Positions 28,891 to 36,869 of a DNA stretch of 64,000 nucleotides are shown piece by piece (position 1 is the stretch's first letter; each line of letters starts with the position of its first letter). The notes below the pieces were generated by a model. The model searched no databases, was not told the DNA's origin, and was given only the letters and a program-made list of their open reading frames with translations. The position numbers and the translations under genes are program-made. This stretch comes from an uncultured bacterium (GTDB taxonomy: Bacteria > CG03 > SLGR01 > JAGXOG01), in contig CAYZAK010000001.1 of NCBI GenBank assembly GCA_964476445.1, positions 83,271 to 147,270 on the forward strand, written 5' to 3'.

Positions 28891-29858
28891 TCAAGTTTTC
28901 TCTCTTCTGCTTCCCGTATTCGTTCTATGCTTTCAATACGGCTATCCAGTGTTTCTCTGTAAACATCCCCACGTGAAGGCACATATTTGTAGCTTTCCCT
29001 GTATATCTCTTCTGCTTTTTCCAACTCGCCTTTTCTCCTGTAAACATCTCCCAGAAGAAGACTTATCCCCGGGTTATCCGGTGATATTTCAAGCGCATCA
29101 TAAACAATACTCAAGGCCCTCTCATACTCCTCGGCACTCAGCATTGAATTAGCCAGGTACAGGTGGATAACTGCCGTTCTGTTACCTAATTCTTCATTTT
29201 TCAGGATTCCTTTAATGTATACTTTCTCCGCCTCATCATAGTTTTCTTTCCGGGCATGAAAAAACCCCAGGTAAATGTATCCCTTAAGAAAATCCGGATT
29301 TTCTTCAACAGTTCTCTTCAAGTTTTTTTCCGCATTTTCAGAGTCATCCAATTTCATGTGCGTATGCCCAAGCACGAAATAAGCAATAAATTTATCGGGG
29401 TTTCGGGATATTGCTTTTTCAAGTACGGAGAGCGCGTCATCATTACGATTAGCTCTGGCGTATGCATCACCAAGCATCACTTTGGAATAATAATTGCCGG
29501 GAATTGCCTCATTTAGTTGTTCGGCAAATTCAAGAAGCTGCTCAAATTCGGAATCCATCGACGCAGCCCTGCTTAACGTCTCCCTTGCTTCATCAGGATA
29601 GTTTAAAATGTAGTAAGAGTACGAAAGAAGATAAACAGGAACAGCGTTTTCCGGCTCATCATCCATCCATTCTTCCGCTAAATCTTTCAGCATATCGAAA
29701 TCTTCTTTTTCATAAGCAGCAGATACTTTTTGCAGGAGATTTTCGTCAGCCAAACCGGAAGTGCTTAAAGCAAGGCATATAAAAACAATAAGGATAAAAT
29801 ATTTAATTATAATTGCGTAGTTTCGCACAGAAATTGTTTTTTTATAACTGTTCCTCAT
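28881..29858 (-). CDS. Exported tetratricopeptide-repeat protein
   Basis: Signal peptide (..LALSTSGLA-DE). TPR units such as AYFVLGHTHMKLDDSENAEKNLKRTVEENPDF and ISLLLGDVYRRKGELEKAEEIY. Confidence 0.88.
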   Translation of the reverse strand: MRNSYKKTISVRNYAIIIKYFILIVFICLALSTSGLADENLLQKVSAAYEKEDFDMLKDLAEEWMDDEPENAVPVYLLSYSYYILNYPDEARETLSRAASMDSEFEQLLEFAEQLNEAIPGNYYSKVMLGDAYARANRNDDALSVLEKAISRNPDKFIAYFVLGHTHMKLDDSENAEKNLKRTVEENPDFLKGYIYLGFFHARKENYDEAEKVYIKGILKNEELGNRTAVIHLYLANSMLSAEEYERALSIVYDALEISPDNPGISLLLGDVYRRKGELEKAEEIYRESYKYVPSRGDVYRETLDSRIESIERIREAEERKLDWR

Positions 29859-30721
29859 ATAATTCCTCCGTACATAAGCTCACTTCTTAAAAATAAAAAC
29901 ATAACTGCCGAATAAACATAATAAGTTACAAAATACGGACCTTCGTCCCACTTTTTTTTAAGAAGCCAGTAAACACCAAGCACGGAACCCGCAATGGAAA
30001 AGTAATAAAGAGCGGTGATACCAAGAATTACAGGTACGCTAAAATAAGCCAGTACGGTAAGCATAATAATCATAGCGCGTGCCAATCTTTCGCCCATGAT
30101 CGTCGGAATAGTTTTTATACCCTCAACCAAATCTCCTTCTCTGTCTTTGATATCTTTAATATTTATAGAAAACATGAAAACCACAAATATCATAATTGCC
30201 ACGCGATGCGGAAATAATTTGGGCGTTTCATAGCCTGCTATTACACTGAATCCGGCAACCACAGCAATCAAAGCATTAAGAGCTATTACTAAAGTGTTTA
30301 GGGGGAAAAAACGTTTTAACCGAAAAGGCGGCATGGAATAAAAAACTGCTGATATATAGCAGCATAAAATAAGAATTAAAGGAACAAGCCCAGCCAGATA
30401 ACTTAAAATAACAGAGACAAAGAAACAAAATAGCCCCCACTTTTTATAAATAGAAGCGCTTACCTTCCCTGTCAGTAACGGGCGATCCGGGTTAGAAACC
30501 CTGTCTCCATTAATATCATAAAAATCATTAAAAACGCAGGCAGCCTGGAAAGCAAATATTATACCTGAAAAAAGAAATATTATTCTCATTAAATATTCAC
30601 TAAAACTTCCCTTAACGGCGGGATGCCAGCAGGCTATAAAAGCACCGCCTAAGACCAGTCCCGAATAATGAACCGAACGATACGGCCTCATATTTTTAAT
30701 GAGCACTTTTAAGTGACTCAT
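29855..30721 (-). CDS. UbiA-superfamily prenyltransferase (DGGGP-synthase/chlorophyll-synthase-like motifs), substrate unknown
   Basis: Both Asp-rich motifs intact: NDFYDINGDRVSNPDRPL and NIKDIKDREGDLVEGIKTIP; YSMPPFRLKR; ~9 hydrophobic segments. Confidence 0.92.
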   Translation of the reverse strand: MSHLKVLIKNMRPYRSVHYSGLVLGGAFIACWHPAVKGSFSEYLMRIIFLFSGIIFAFQAACVFNDFYDINGDRVSNPDRPLLTGKVSASIYKKWGLFCFFVSVILSYLAGLVPLILILCCYISAVFYSMPPFRLKRFFPLNTLVIALNALIAVVAGFSVIAGYETPKLFPHRVAIMIFVVFMFSINIKDIKDREGDLVEGIKTIPTIMGERLARAMIIMLTVLAYFSVPVILGITALYYFSIAGSVLGVYWLLKKKWDEGPYFVTYYVYSAVMFLFLRSELMYGGII

Positions 30722-31404
30722 CTTAACAGTTCTCCTCTTTCTCTTGTCTCTTCAACCCTCCTTAACCCTCTCAAAGCGGCGTTTTTAACAGTTGGTTCTC
30801 CTTCATCCGCCGCTTCTGTCAAAGCTCTCTCAATCCTGACGGTATCCCCATCGTCAGGCGCCCCCGATATAAGCATCTCTGCAAGCGAATCAAGGGCAGC
30901 TACCCGAACCCGGGAACTTTCATGGTCTTTGGCTTTTTCAACCAGGATATCAAGCACTTCCTCTCCCCCGCTTCTTCCCAACGCTCTTATAGCAGCTGGT
31001 CTTGTGTTTTCATCTCCTTCAGCAACTGCCTCTACAAGGGCTTCCACGGCTTTTTTCTCACGGAACCCGCCCAGTGCCTGGGCCGTCATTATCCTGACCG
31101 CAGCGGACTGATCGGAATTTAAAGCATTCAGCAGCGCCGGCAGGGCGCTTCTGTCCCCGATCCGACCAAGTGAAACTGCAGCATGTAACCTTACTCCGGA
31201 AGAGTTGTCCTCAAGCAAAGCTATTAACTGCGGAAGGGATTCCCTGTCAAGTTCGTTGCCCAGGCGCTGCGCTTCCCTCATCCGGACAACCGGGTCGGTG
31301 CTGGATAAAAGAGTGTATTCCGCCCAAAGAACAGAATTAACAGTTATTGCGAATATTGCCGCAATAACCGTAACTTTAACTAACTTATTAATTTTTTTAA
31401 TCAT
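30718..31404 (-). CDS. Exported HEAT (PBS-lyase-like) repeat protein
   Basis: Signal peptide (..VNSVLWA-E). Repeats such as DNSSGVRLHAAVSLGRIGDRSALPALLNAL. Confidence 0.88.
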   Translation of the reverse strand: MIKKINKLVKVTVIAAIFAITVNSVLWAEYTLLSSTDPVVRMREAQRLGNELDRESLPQLIALLEDNSSGVRLHAAVSLGRIGDRSALPALLNALNSDQSAAVRIMTAQALGGFREKKAVEALVEAVAEGDENTRPAAIRALGRSGGEEVLDILVEKAKDHESSRVRVAALDSLAEMLISGAPDDGDTVRIERALTEAADEGEPTVKNAALRGLRRVEETRERGELLR

Positions 31405-31422
31405 CTTTATTTTTTATTTTTC

Positions 31423-31493
31423 TTTCTCAACATGCAGATAAATACTTACGCCTGAAGGTTAAATTATAGTTGATTTATCTGAACCTTGAGAAA
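31423..31493. repeat. Two-armed imperfect inverted repeat enclosing a minus-strand TATAAT
   Basis: TTTCTCAA(31423-30)/TTGAGAAA(31486-93) and CAGATAAAT(31435-43)/ATTTATCTG(31473-81); attata at 31463-68 reads TATAAT on the minus strand. Confidence 0.7.
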
Positions 31494-31535
31494 TAGATTT
31501 GAACAGACGAGATATTTGGGGTGACTGGGTAAATA

Positions 31536-32042
31536 TTATTCTAAAAAGACGGGAACCCTGAATCTGGGCTCGTCTAAGGTAGGTAGGTTTCCCTTAAAAG
31601 TTAAAACTGTGGTAATAAAAATCAGGGGGAACCCTAAAAAGAAAAAAGTGCTGTTAGTACCGGAATGGGATAACAACCTGAAAAATTCTTTCATTGAAGT
31701 GTTTGGGCTGTAAAATAGAGTAATCGCCGGAGAAGGAAACTCAAAATTGGGAACATGGTTTAAATTTGCTTCCACCGGGGTTAAAGGTCCGCGACGCCAC
31801 CTGGTCGAACCGGCCGGGCTTAAAATATTGTAAATTTTTGAAAACGCGGTCTGTTCAAAGACAACTGCGGACTCTACCGGCCGGTTGTTTTTATCCCTGG
31901 ATTCTACCCTCATAAAATGAGAGGTGTCGCCGCCGGGAATATTTAAAACCCGGGCCTGGAGCTTTTGCCCGCCGGATAATCCTCCGATCATTATGGAGGT
32001 CAGCGCGAATATTAAAGTTATTTTTTTTATCTTATTATTCAT
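31536..32042 (-). CDS. Hypothetical exported protein with hydrophobic C-terminal segment
   Basis: 168-aa ORF with signal-peptide-like N-terminus and FFFLGFPLIFITTVL near the C-terminus; first gene after the riboswitch terminator; no recognised family. Confidence 0.6.
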   Translation of the reverse strand: MNNKIKKITLIFALTSIMIGGLSGGQKLQARVLNIPGGDTSHFMRVESRDKNNRPVESAVVFEQTAFSKIYNILSPAGSTRWRRGPLTPVEANLNHVPNFEFPSPAITLFYSPNTSMKEFFRLLSHSGTNSTFFFLGFPLIFITTVLTFKGNLPTLDEPRFRVPVFLE

Positions 32043-32050
32043 ATTTTTTG

Positions 32051-32076
32051 TCTATACATCTATACACATCTATACA
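32051..32076. repeat. Three copies of TCTATACA in the 5' leader of the 168-aa gene
   Basis: Copies at 32051, 32059 and 32069. Confidence 0.7.
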
Positions 32077-32077
32077 T

Positions 32078-32111
32078 AAAAAAATCCGGTTTCACTGATA
32101 AGGTAAACCGG
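32078..32111 (-). terminator. Intrinsic terminator (riboswitch expression platform)
   Basis: Minus-strand RNA CCGGUUU-AC-CUUAUCA-GU-G-AAACCGG followed by AUUUUUUU. Confidence 0.85.
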
Positions 32112-32127
32112 CTTTATGCTAACCTTG

Positions 32128-32213
32128 TCCTACCGGTAATCCAGCCCTCCGGATGTCCCGGAGCTGTGATTTTGCGAGCCGCCCGTTACCGAACGGTTGC
32201 CCTTATCAGCGGA
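32128..32213 (-). promoter_or_regulatory. Cyclic di-GMP-I (GEMM) riboswitch aptamer
   Basis: RNA UCCGCUGAUAAGGGCAA-CCGUUCG[GUAA]CGGGCGG-CUCGCAAAAUCACAG-CUCCGG[GACAU]CCGGAG-GGCUGGAUUACCGGUAGGA. P2 has a GNRA loop; GCAAA linker; UUACCG 3' motif; P1 UCCGCUG/CGGUAGGA. Positions equivalent to Vibrio Vc2 G14-C93, G20, A47 and C92 are all present. Confidence 0.88.
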
Positions 32214-32243
32214 CTTTCCATATATTTCATACTTCAATCGTTC

Positions 32244-32279
32244 ACTATAATTACTAACATCAGTTTTACAATTTGTCAA
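32244..32279 (-). promoter_or_regulatory. Probable sigma70-type promoter for the riboswitch leader
   Basis: TTGACA at 32279-74, TTGTAA at 32271-66, TATAGT at 32249-44 (TTGTAA-N16-TATAGT); exact -35/-10 pairing is ambiguous. Confidence 0.55.
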
Positions 32280-32347
32280 GGATAACCTACTTAAAATTAA
32301 CTTAAAATTCTCACTCCGGTTCAATGCTTAAAATTATTTGGAAAAAA

Positions 32348-33280
32348 TTACGGTAAATCTATACCCAGAAAAGAAGCCGCTGTTGCCGCATCCCTTTCCA
32401 CCCGGGGATTGTCCGAATTGTAAGCTGCCCGGACTGCAGCTTTTACCTGTTCATTTACCTGGCCTATGGCACCTAAAGCCCTGAGACCGGTTCTTTGAAT
32501 GTCGGTATCATTGGAAGTGGCCGCCTGTAAAGCTACGGGCAAACCCCGGTTATCCCCGAGCTGCCCCAGGGCGTGGGCGGCGGCTATCTTTACTTCCCGG
32601 TCCGGTTCCAGGTTTAATAAACTTTTTAACGGGGATAGGGCATCGGCTTCTCCCACTTCGCCTAAGGCACGGACTGAAAAAAGTCTTACGTCTTTATTTT
32701 CATCGTTTAATCTTTCTATTAGAGCACCTGTGGATTCTGAACTTCTAATACGGCCTAAAGACTGGGCGGCCACCCTACGAATTCGGGGTTCTTCGTTTTC
32801 AAGGGCTTCCGTCAATAAGGGCACCGCCTCACCGGCCCCTAAAACTCCCAGGACATTAATGGCAGAAACTTTAAGTCCCCTGTCCTCCTCTTTTCGGACA
32901 AAATCAATCAGATGTTCAACCGCGCTGCGGTCCCTTATGTAACCAAACGAAACTATGGCCGCCGCTTTAACGTTCCGGTTTTCATCTTGAAGGGCTTCTA
33001 TTAAATACGGCAGGGCATCCCGGTCTCTTAAATTACCGAGAACTTCCGCAGCCCTGGCTCTCACGCTAAAATGAGGATCCCGGGTCAAAACCCGGCCGAG
33101 CCTTTCAACTATTTCCGTTCCGTCATATTCCGAAAGTCCGGAAACGGCCGTCCGCCGGCGGGACGGAACTGTGCTCTCTAAAAGTTCAAAATGCTCCTCC
33201 GGACCGGCAGAGTAGCCTTCGCCGGACGTCACTAATAGTATTAATCCTATAACTGGAACTAAAATTGTTATTTTTCTCAT
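32348..33280 (-). CDS. Exported HEAT (PBS-lyase-like) repeat protein
   Basis: Signal-peptide-like N-terminus; ~8 repeats such as DPHFSVRARAAEVLGNLRDRDALPYLIEAL; AGGAGG RBS at 33290-85. Confidence 0.9.
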   Translation of the reverse strand: MRKITILVPVIGLILLVTSGEGYSAGPEEHFELLESTVPSRRRTAVSGLSEYDGTEIVERLGRVLTRDPHFSVRARAAEVLGNLRDRDALPYLIEALQDENRNVKAAAIVSFGYIRDRSAVEHLIDFVRKEEDRGLKVSAINVLGVLGAGEAVPLLTEALENEEPRIRRVAAQSLGRIRSSESTGALIERLNDENKDVRLFSVRALGEVGEADALSPLKSLLNLEPDREVKIAAAHALGQLGDNRGLPVALQAATSNDTDIQRTGLRALGAIGQVNEQVKAAVRAAYNSDNPRVERDAATAASFLGIDLP

Positions 33281-33314
33281 ATTTCCTCCTAAAATTTAAC
33301 TTTTTCTATTTAAA

Positions 33315-33343
33315 ATTATGATAGCTTTTTTACGGTTTGTCAA
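33315..33343 (-). promoter_or_regulatory. sigma70-type promoter
   Basis: TTGACA(33343-38)-N17-CATAAT(33320-15) upstream of the 310-aa HEAT gene. Confidence 0.75.
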
Positions 33344-33352
33344 ATATTCTGC

Positions 33353-36300
33353 TCAATTATCTCCCAAAAGATCAATATTTTTCAGCATATCTTCAATTTC
33401 CCGGAAATTGTCTGATTTTTTAAGCCGGGTCTTAATCTTCTCTCCGGATTGCAATTTAAAAATAACTTCCTGCTTTTTGTTTGCCGAGATCCCGGATACT
33501 CCCGCCTTAGAAGCTAGAATCTTAAGTTTTATAATCTTTAAAAGATTTCTCAACGGACCGGGAATACTCCCGAACCGGTCATATAGCTCATCTGTTAATT
33601 CTTTTAAGGTTTCTTCTTCTTTAGTGCCCGCAAGCCGGCGGTAAAAAGAGAGCCTCAACCTGGCTGAGTCTATATAATCTTCGGGTATATACGCATTTAG
33701 GGGTAAAGAAATGTCCACCTCCAGAGGGGTCACATAATCCTCCCCTTTCATCCGGGCCACCTCCTCTTTTAGAATTTCGGAATAGTACTCAAATCCCACT
33801 TTCATAATATTGCCGTGCTGACGGGGTCCTAAAAGTTCTCCGGCACCCCGGAGTTCAAGATCTTTCAGGGACAGCTGAAACCCTCCACCCAGGTTTGAAA
33901 ATGAAGAGAGCACGGACAGCCTTTTTGATACTTTGGGAGTGAGTTTTTTATATTCCGGATACATAAGATAACAGTAGCCTTTAATATCGCTTCTGCCCAC
34001 CCGTCCTCTTAGCTGGTATATGTCGGCCAGGCCCAGTTCATCGGCCCGGTCTATTACCATGGTATTAGCATTAGGTATATCCAGCCCGTTTTCCACAATG
34101 GTGGTGGCCACCAGACAATCTATTTCCCCCTCTACGAATTTCTCCATTTTACCGTCTATCCGACCGGAACTCATCCGGCCATGGATATAATCTATTGTCA
34201 ATCCTGGTAACTTCTCTTTTAATTCGCCGGCGACCTTTTTAATACTCCGGACCCGGGAATGGATGTAAAAACTCTGTCCTCCCCGAGCAACTTCTTTTTT
34301 TAAGGCTTCCTGTACGGTATACATATCCATTTCCATAACCATAGTTTTTACCCCTACCCTTCCCGGTGGGGGCGTATTTATAAGGGAAAACCCTTTAACT
34401 CTTCCCAGGGCCATGCCAAGGGTCCGGGGTATGGGAGTGGCGGTAGTGGTTAGAATATCCACATTTTCACTTTTAAATCTCAATTTTTCTTTCTGTTTTA
34501 CCCCGAACTGCTGTTCTTCGTCTATAATAACCAGACCAAGTGAGGGAAATTTAAGGGCGTCGGATAAAAGTTTATGGGTTCCTATGACTATATCCACTTT
34601 TCCGCGATTGACATTTTTAATGATTTTTCTCTGGCGTTTTTTAGGCACTAGCCTGGACAACATCTCTATTATAACCGGCTGGTTTGAAAATCTATCCAAA
34701 AATGTATGAAAATGCTGTCGGGCTAAAACAGTGGTGGGGGCCAAAAAAGCCACCTGTTTTCCGTTTAAAACCGCCCGGTAGGCGGCTCTCATGGATACCT
34801 CGGTCTTTCCGAAACCCACGTCGCCGCAGACCAGCCGGTCCATGGCCTGCTCCGATTCCATATCCCCGATCACATCCTCCACGGCATCTTTCTGGTGAGG
34901 AGTCAAAGTATGGGGAAAAGCCCGGTTAAACTCTTTTTCCATCTTTGAAAAAGGCTCAAACGAAAACCCTTTATTCTGCCGTTTTTTGTACATCTTTATA
35001 AGTTTTTTGGCCAACTGTTTTACGGATTTTCTTATCCTGAAAACCTTCTTTTGCCAGGAATTGCCGGAGAGTGAATCCAGGCGGGTGGAAAACCGGCTGC
35101 CAACGTACTTTTGAACCATGTCGGCATTCTCCACCGCCACATACAGCTTTCCAGCACCCCTGTATTTTAACTTCAGAAAATCACTGGTTATTCCATCGTG
35201 CTTCATTTTTATTAATCCACTAAAAAGCCCTACCCCGAATTTTTTATGGACCACGTAATCCCCCCGGTTTAACCCTGATACTTTTTCCATTGGATGCTTG
35301 GGAACCGCCCGGGAAGAAGAAATTCTTCGGTGATAGGGGAAAATATCAGTTATGCAGACCACGGCTTTTTCACTATCCTTTACAATAAACCCCTTTTCCA
35401 GGGGAGAAATTTCTGACCGGGGGATAAACCCCAGGACCTGTTTAACTTTTTCGGAAAGTATCCTTAATTCTGAAGCGGTGTGGGCGGTCAGGGTTATATC
35501 ATAACCTTCTTTTTTTAACGGACGTAAAATTTCATCCGGTGAAATATCGTACTGTCTGGAATATCTTACCGGCCGGATGTCAAACTCCATATCCGGTTTT
35601 TGCACCTCCGTTTTTATGATAAAAACAGGAGAAAAATTGTTTTCTTTTTCCTTTATTTTTGACAAAATTTCTTCATTAAATATAAAAACTGGGATATTTT
35701 TATCCATATATTCTGCTACGGTTGAACTGTCCGAGTCACCTCCGGCGGTTACGGGTATTATTTCGGTTTCCTCCACAGTTTTTAAGGTTCTCTGGGTGGT
35801 AACGTCAAAAACTTTAATTTCGTTTAACCGGTCGAATTCAAATACCAGCCGGACAGGATTGTCGTTCCCGGGAGGCCAGAAATCTATAACCTCGCCCCTT
35901 CTTGAAAAATCTCCGGGTTCGGCTACAATTTGCTCTCTTGAGTAAGAGGCTTTTTCCAAAACTTTAAGTATTTTTTCGTATGTACTATTAGTAGGCCGGA
36001 GTATTAACCCCTCGGCTTTAAATTCTTCCGGTGGTACAACTTTCTCAAAAAAAGAATCCAACGAAGCCACCACTACCATGGATTCTTCACGGGTAAGGGC
36101 TTTTAAAACTTCAACCTGTCGGGAAAGGTAATCCGAAGGATATGCCATTACTTTACGATCAGTGAAACTCTGGATATTGTTTTTTACCTTGTGTAACCGG
36201 TTATCTTTTTGGATCAGGCAAAGAATATTTCGGTCAACGGTTTTCGAAAAAGATCCGGCCAGGGAAGCAAAGGCAGGGGGAGTGGTCCCCCGGATTTTAC

Positions 36301-36421
36301 ATTCCTTATTTTTATGAAAAAACTTTAACAGTTTTTCCGGCGCCGTAGAACCGGTTCCCGGACCGGATCGGTACCATAAATCTATAATTTTTTTTTTATC
36401 TTTAGAATGCTTTTCGGGCAA
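33353..36421 (-). CDS. mfd: Transcription-repair coupling factor
   Basis: CarD-like RID (GDYVVHKKFGVG), MDRLVCGDVGFGKTEV, IIDEEQQFGV, TATPIPRT, QLRGRVGRS, DLELRGAGELLG, TRCF C-terminus. Confidence 0.96.
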   Translation of the reverse strand: MPEKHSKDKKKIIDLWYRSGPGTGSTAPEKLLKFFHKNKECKIRGTTPPAFASLAGSFSKTVDRNILCLIQKDNRLHKVKNNIQSFTDRKVMAYPSDYLSRQVEVLKALTREESMVVVASLDSFFEKVVPPEEFKAEGLILRPTNSTYEKILKVLEKASYSREQIVAEPGDFSRRGEVIDFWPPGNDNPVRLVFEFDRLNEIKVFDVTTQRTLKTVEETEIIPVTAGGDSDSSTVAEYMDKNIPVFIFNEEILSKIKEKENNFSPVFIIKTEVQKPDMEFDIRPVRYSRQYDISPDEILRPLKKEGYDITLTAHTASELRILSEKVKQVLGFIPRSEISPLEKGFIVKDSEKAVVCITDIFPYHRRISSSRAVPKHPMEKVSGLNRGDYVVHKKFGVGLFSGLIKMKHDGITSDFLKLKYRGAGKLYVAVENADMVQKYVGSRFSTRLDSLSGNSWQKKVFRIRKSVKQLAKKLIKMYKKRQNKGFSFEPFSKMEKEFNRAFPHTLTPHQKDAVEDVIGDMESEQAMDRLVCGDVGFGKTEVSMRAAYRAVLNGKQVAFLAPTTVLARQHFHTFLDRFSNQPVIIEMLSRLVPKKRQRKIIKNVNRGKVDIVIGTHKLLSDALKFPSLGLVIIDEEQQFGVKQKEKLRFKSENVDILTTTATPIPRTLGMALGRVKGFSLINTPPPGRVGVKTMVMEMDMYTVQEALKKEVARGGQSFYIHSRVRSIKKVAGELKEKLPGLTIDYIHGRMSSGRIDGKMEKFVEGEIDCLVATTIVENGLDIPNANTMVIDRADELGLADIYQLRGRVGRSDIKGYCYLMYPEYKKLTPKVSKRLSVLSSFSNLGGGFQLSLKDLELRGAGELLGPRQHGNIMKVGFEYYSEILKEEVARMKGEDYVTPLEVDISLPLNAYIPEDYIDSARLRLSFYRRLAGTKEEETLKELTDELYDRFGSIPGPLRNLLKIIKLKILASKAGVSGISANKKQEVIFKLQSGEKIKTRLKKSDNFREIEDMLKNIDLLGDN

Positions 36422-36869
36422 GATACTTATCGGATTTAAAATGCAGTTTGCAGGTAAGCTTATCTTTATCTATCCAGGCTGAGGGATAGGAATCGGTAGC
36501 AGATTTTTCGCCTTTTTCAACCGGCTCCATTTCAAACCAAAACACCTTCTTAATTATCAGTTTGCCGGACCGGATAAACAGATAACCGGCGGAGAGAAGA
36601 CTTCGTTTTATCGTGCAAGAGTATCCGGTCTCTTCCCTGACTTCTCTTCGGGCTCCCTGACCAAGAGTTTCAAAAACTTTGAGTTTGCCTTTGGGGAAGG
36701 TATATACCGTTCGGGGAGAATATTTGCCGGTCTTGATTACCAAAACTTTATTGTTTTTTACCGCTATTCCCCCGGCGGAAAATTCAAAACCGGGTTTCCC
36801 GGGAGAATCAATATCTTCTTTTTTAATCGTACACGTATTCATTTTCACTGTCCGGAGTTTTTCCCTCAA
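36402..36869 (-). CDS. NUDIX hydrolase
   Basis: Nudix box PKGKLKVFETLGQGARREVREETG; true start may be the ATG at 36842. Confidence 0.88.
   Translation of the reverse strand: MREKLRTVKMNTCTIKKEDIDSPGKPGFEFSAGGIAVKNNKVLVIKTGKYSPRTVYTFPKGKLKVFETLGQGARREVREETGYSCTIKRSLLSAGYLFIRSGKLIIKKVFWFEMEPVEKGEKSATDSYPSAWIDKDKLTCKLHFKSDKYLARKAF

Noticed and set aside
29855-30721. Calling the UbiA gene an archaeal-lipid DGGGP synthase or ubiA/menA
   Set aside because: The motifs place it in the superfamily only. No GGGP synthase or quinone-pathway gene is in the window, so no substrate is assigned.
32130-32324. 64-aa minus-strand ORF
   Set aside because: Overlaps the riboswitch aptamer and its promoter; no protein features.
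36388-36397. A10 run near the mfd start as a phase-variation tract
   Set aside because: Long A/T runs encoding Lys are frequent in this AT-rich half, and mfd is intact.
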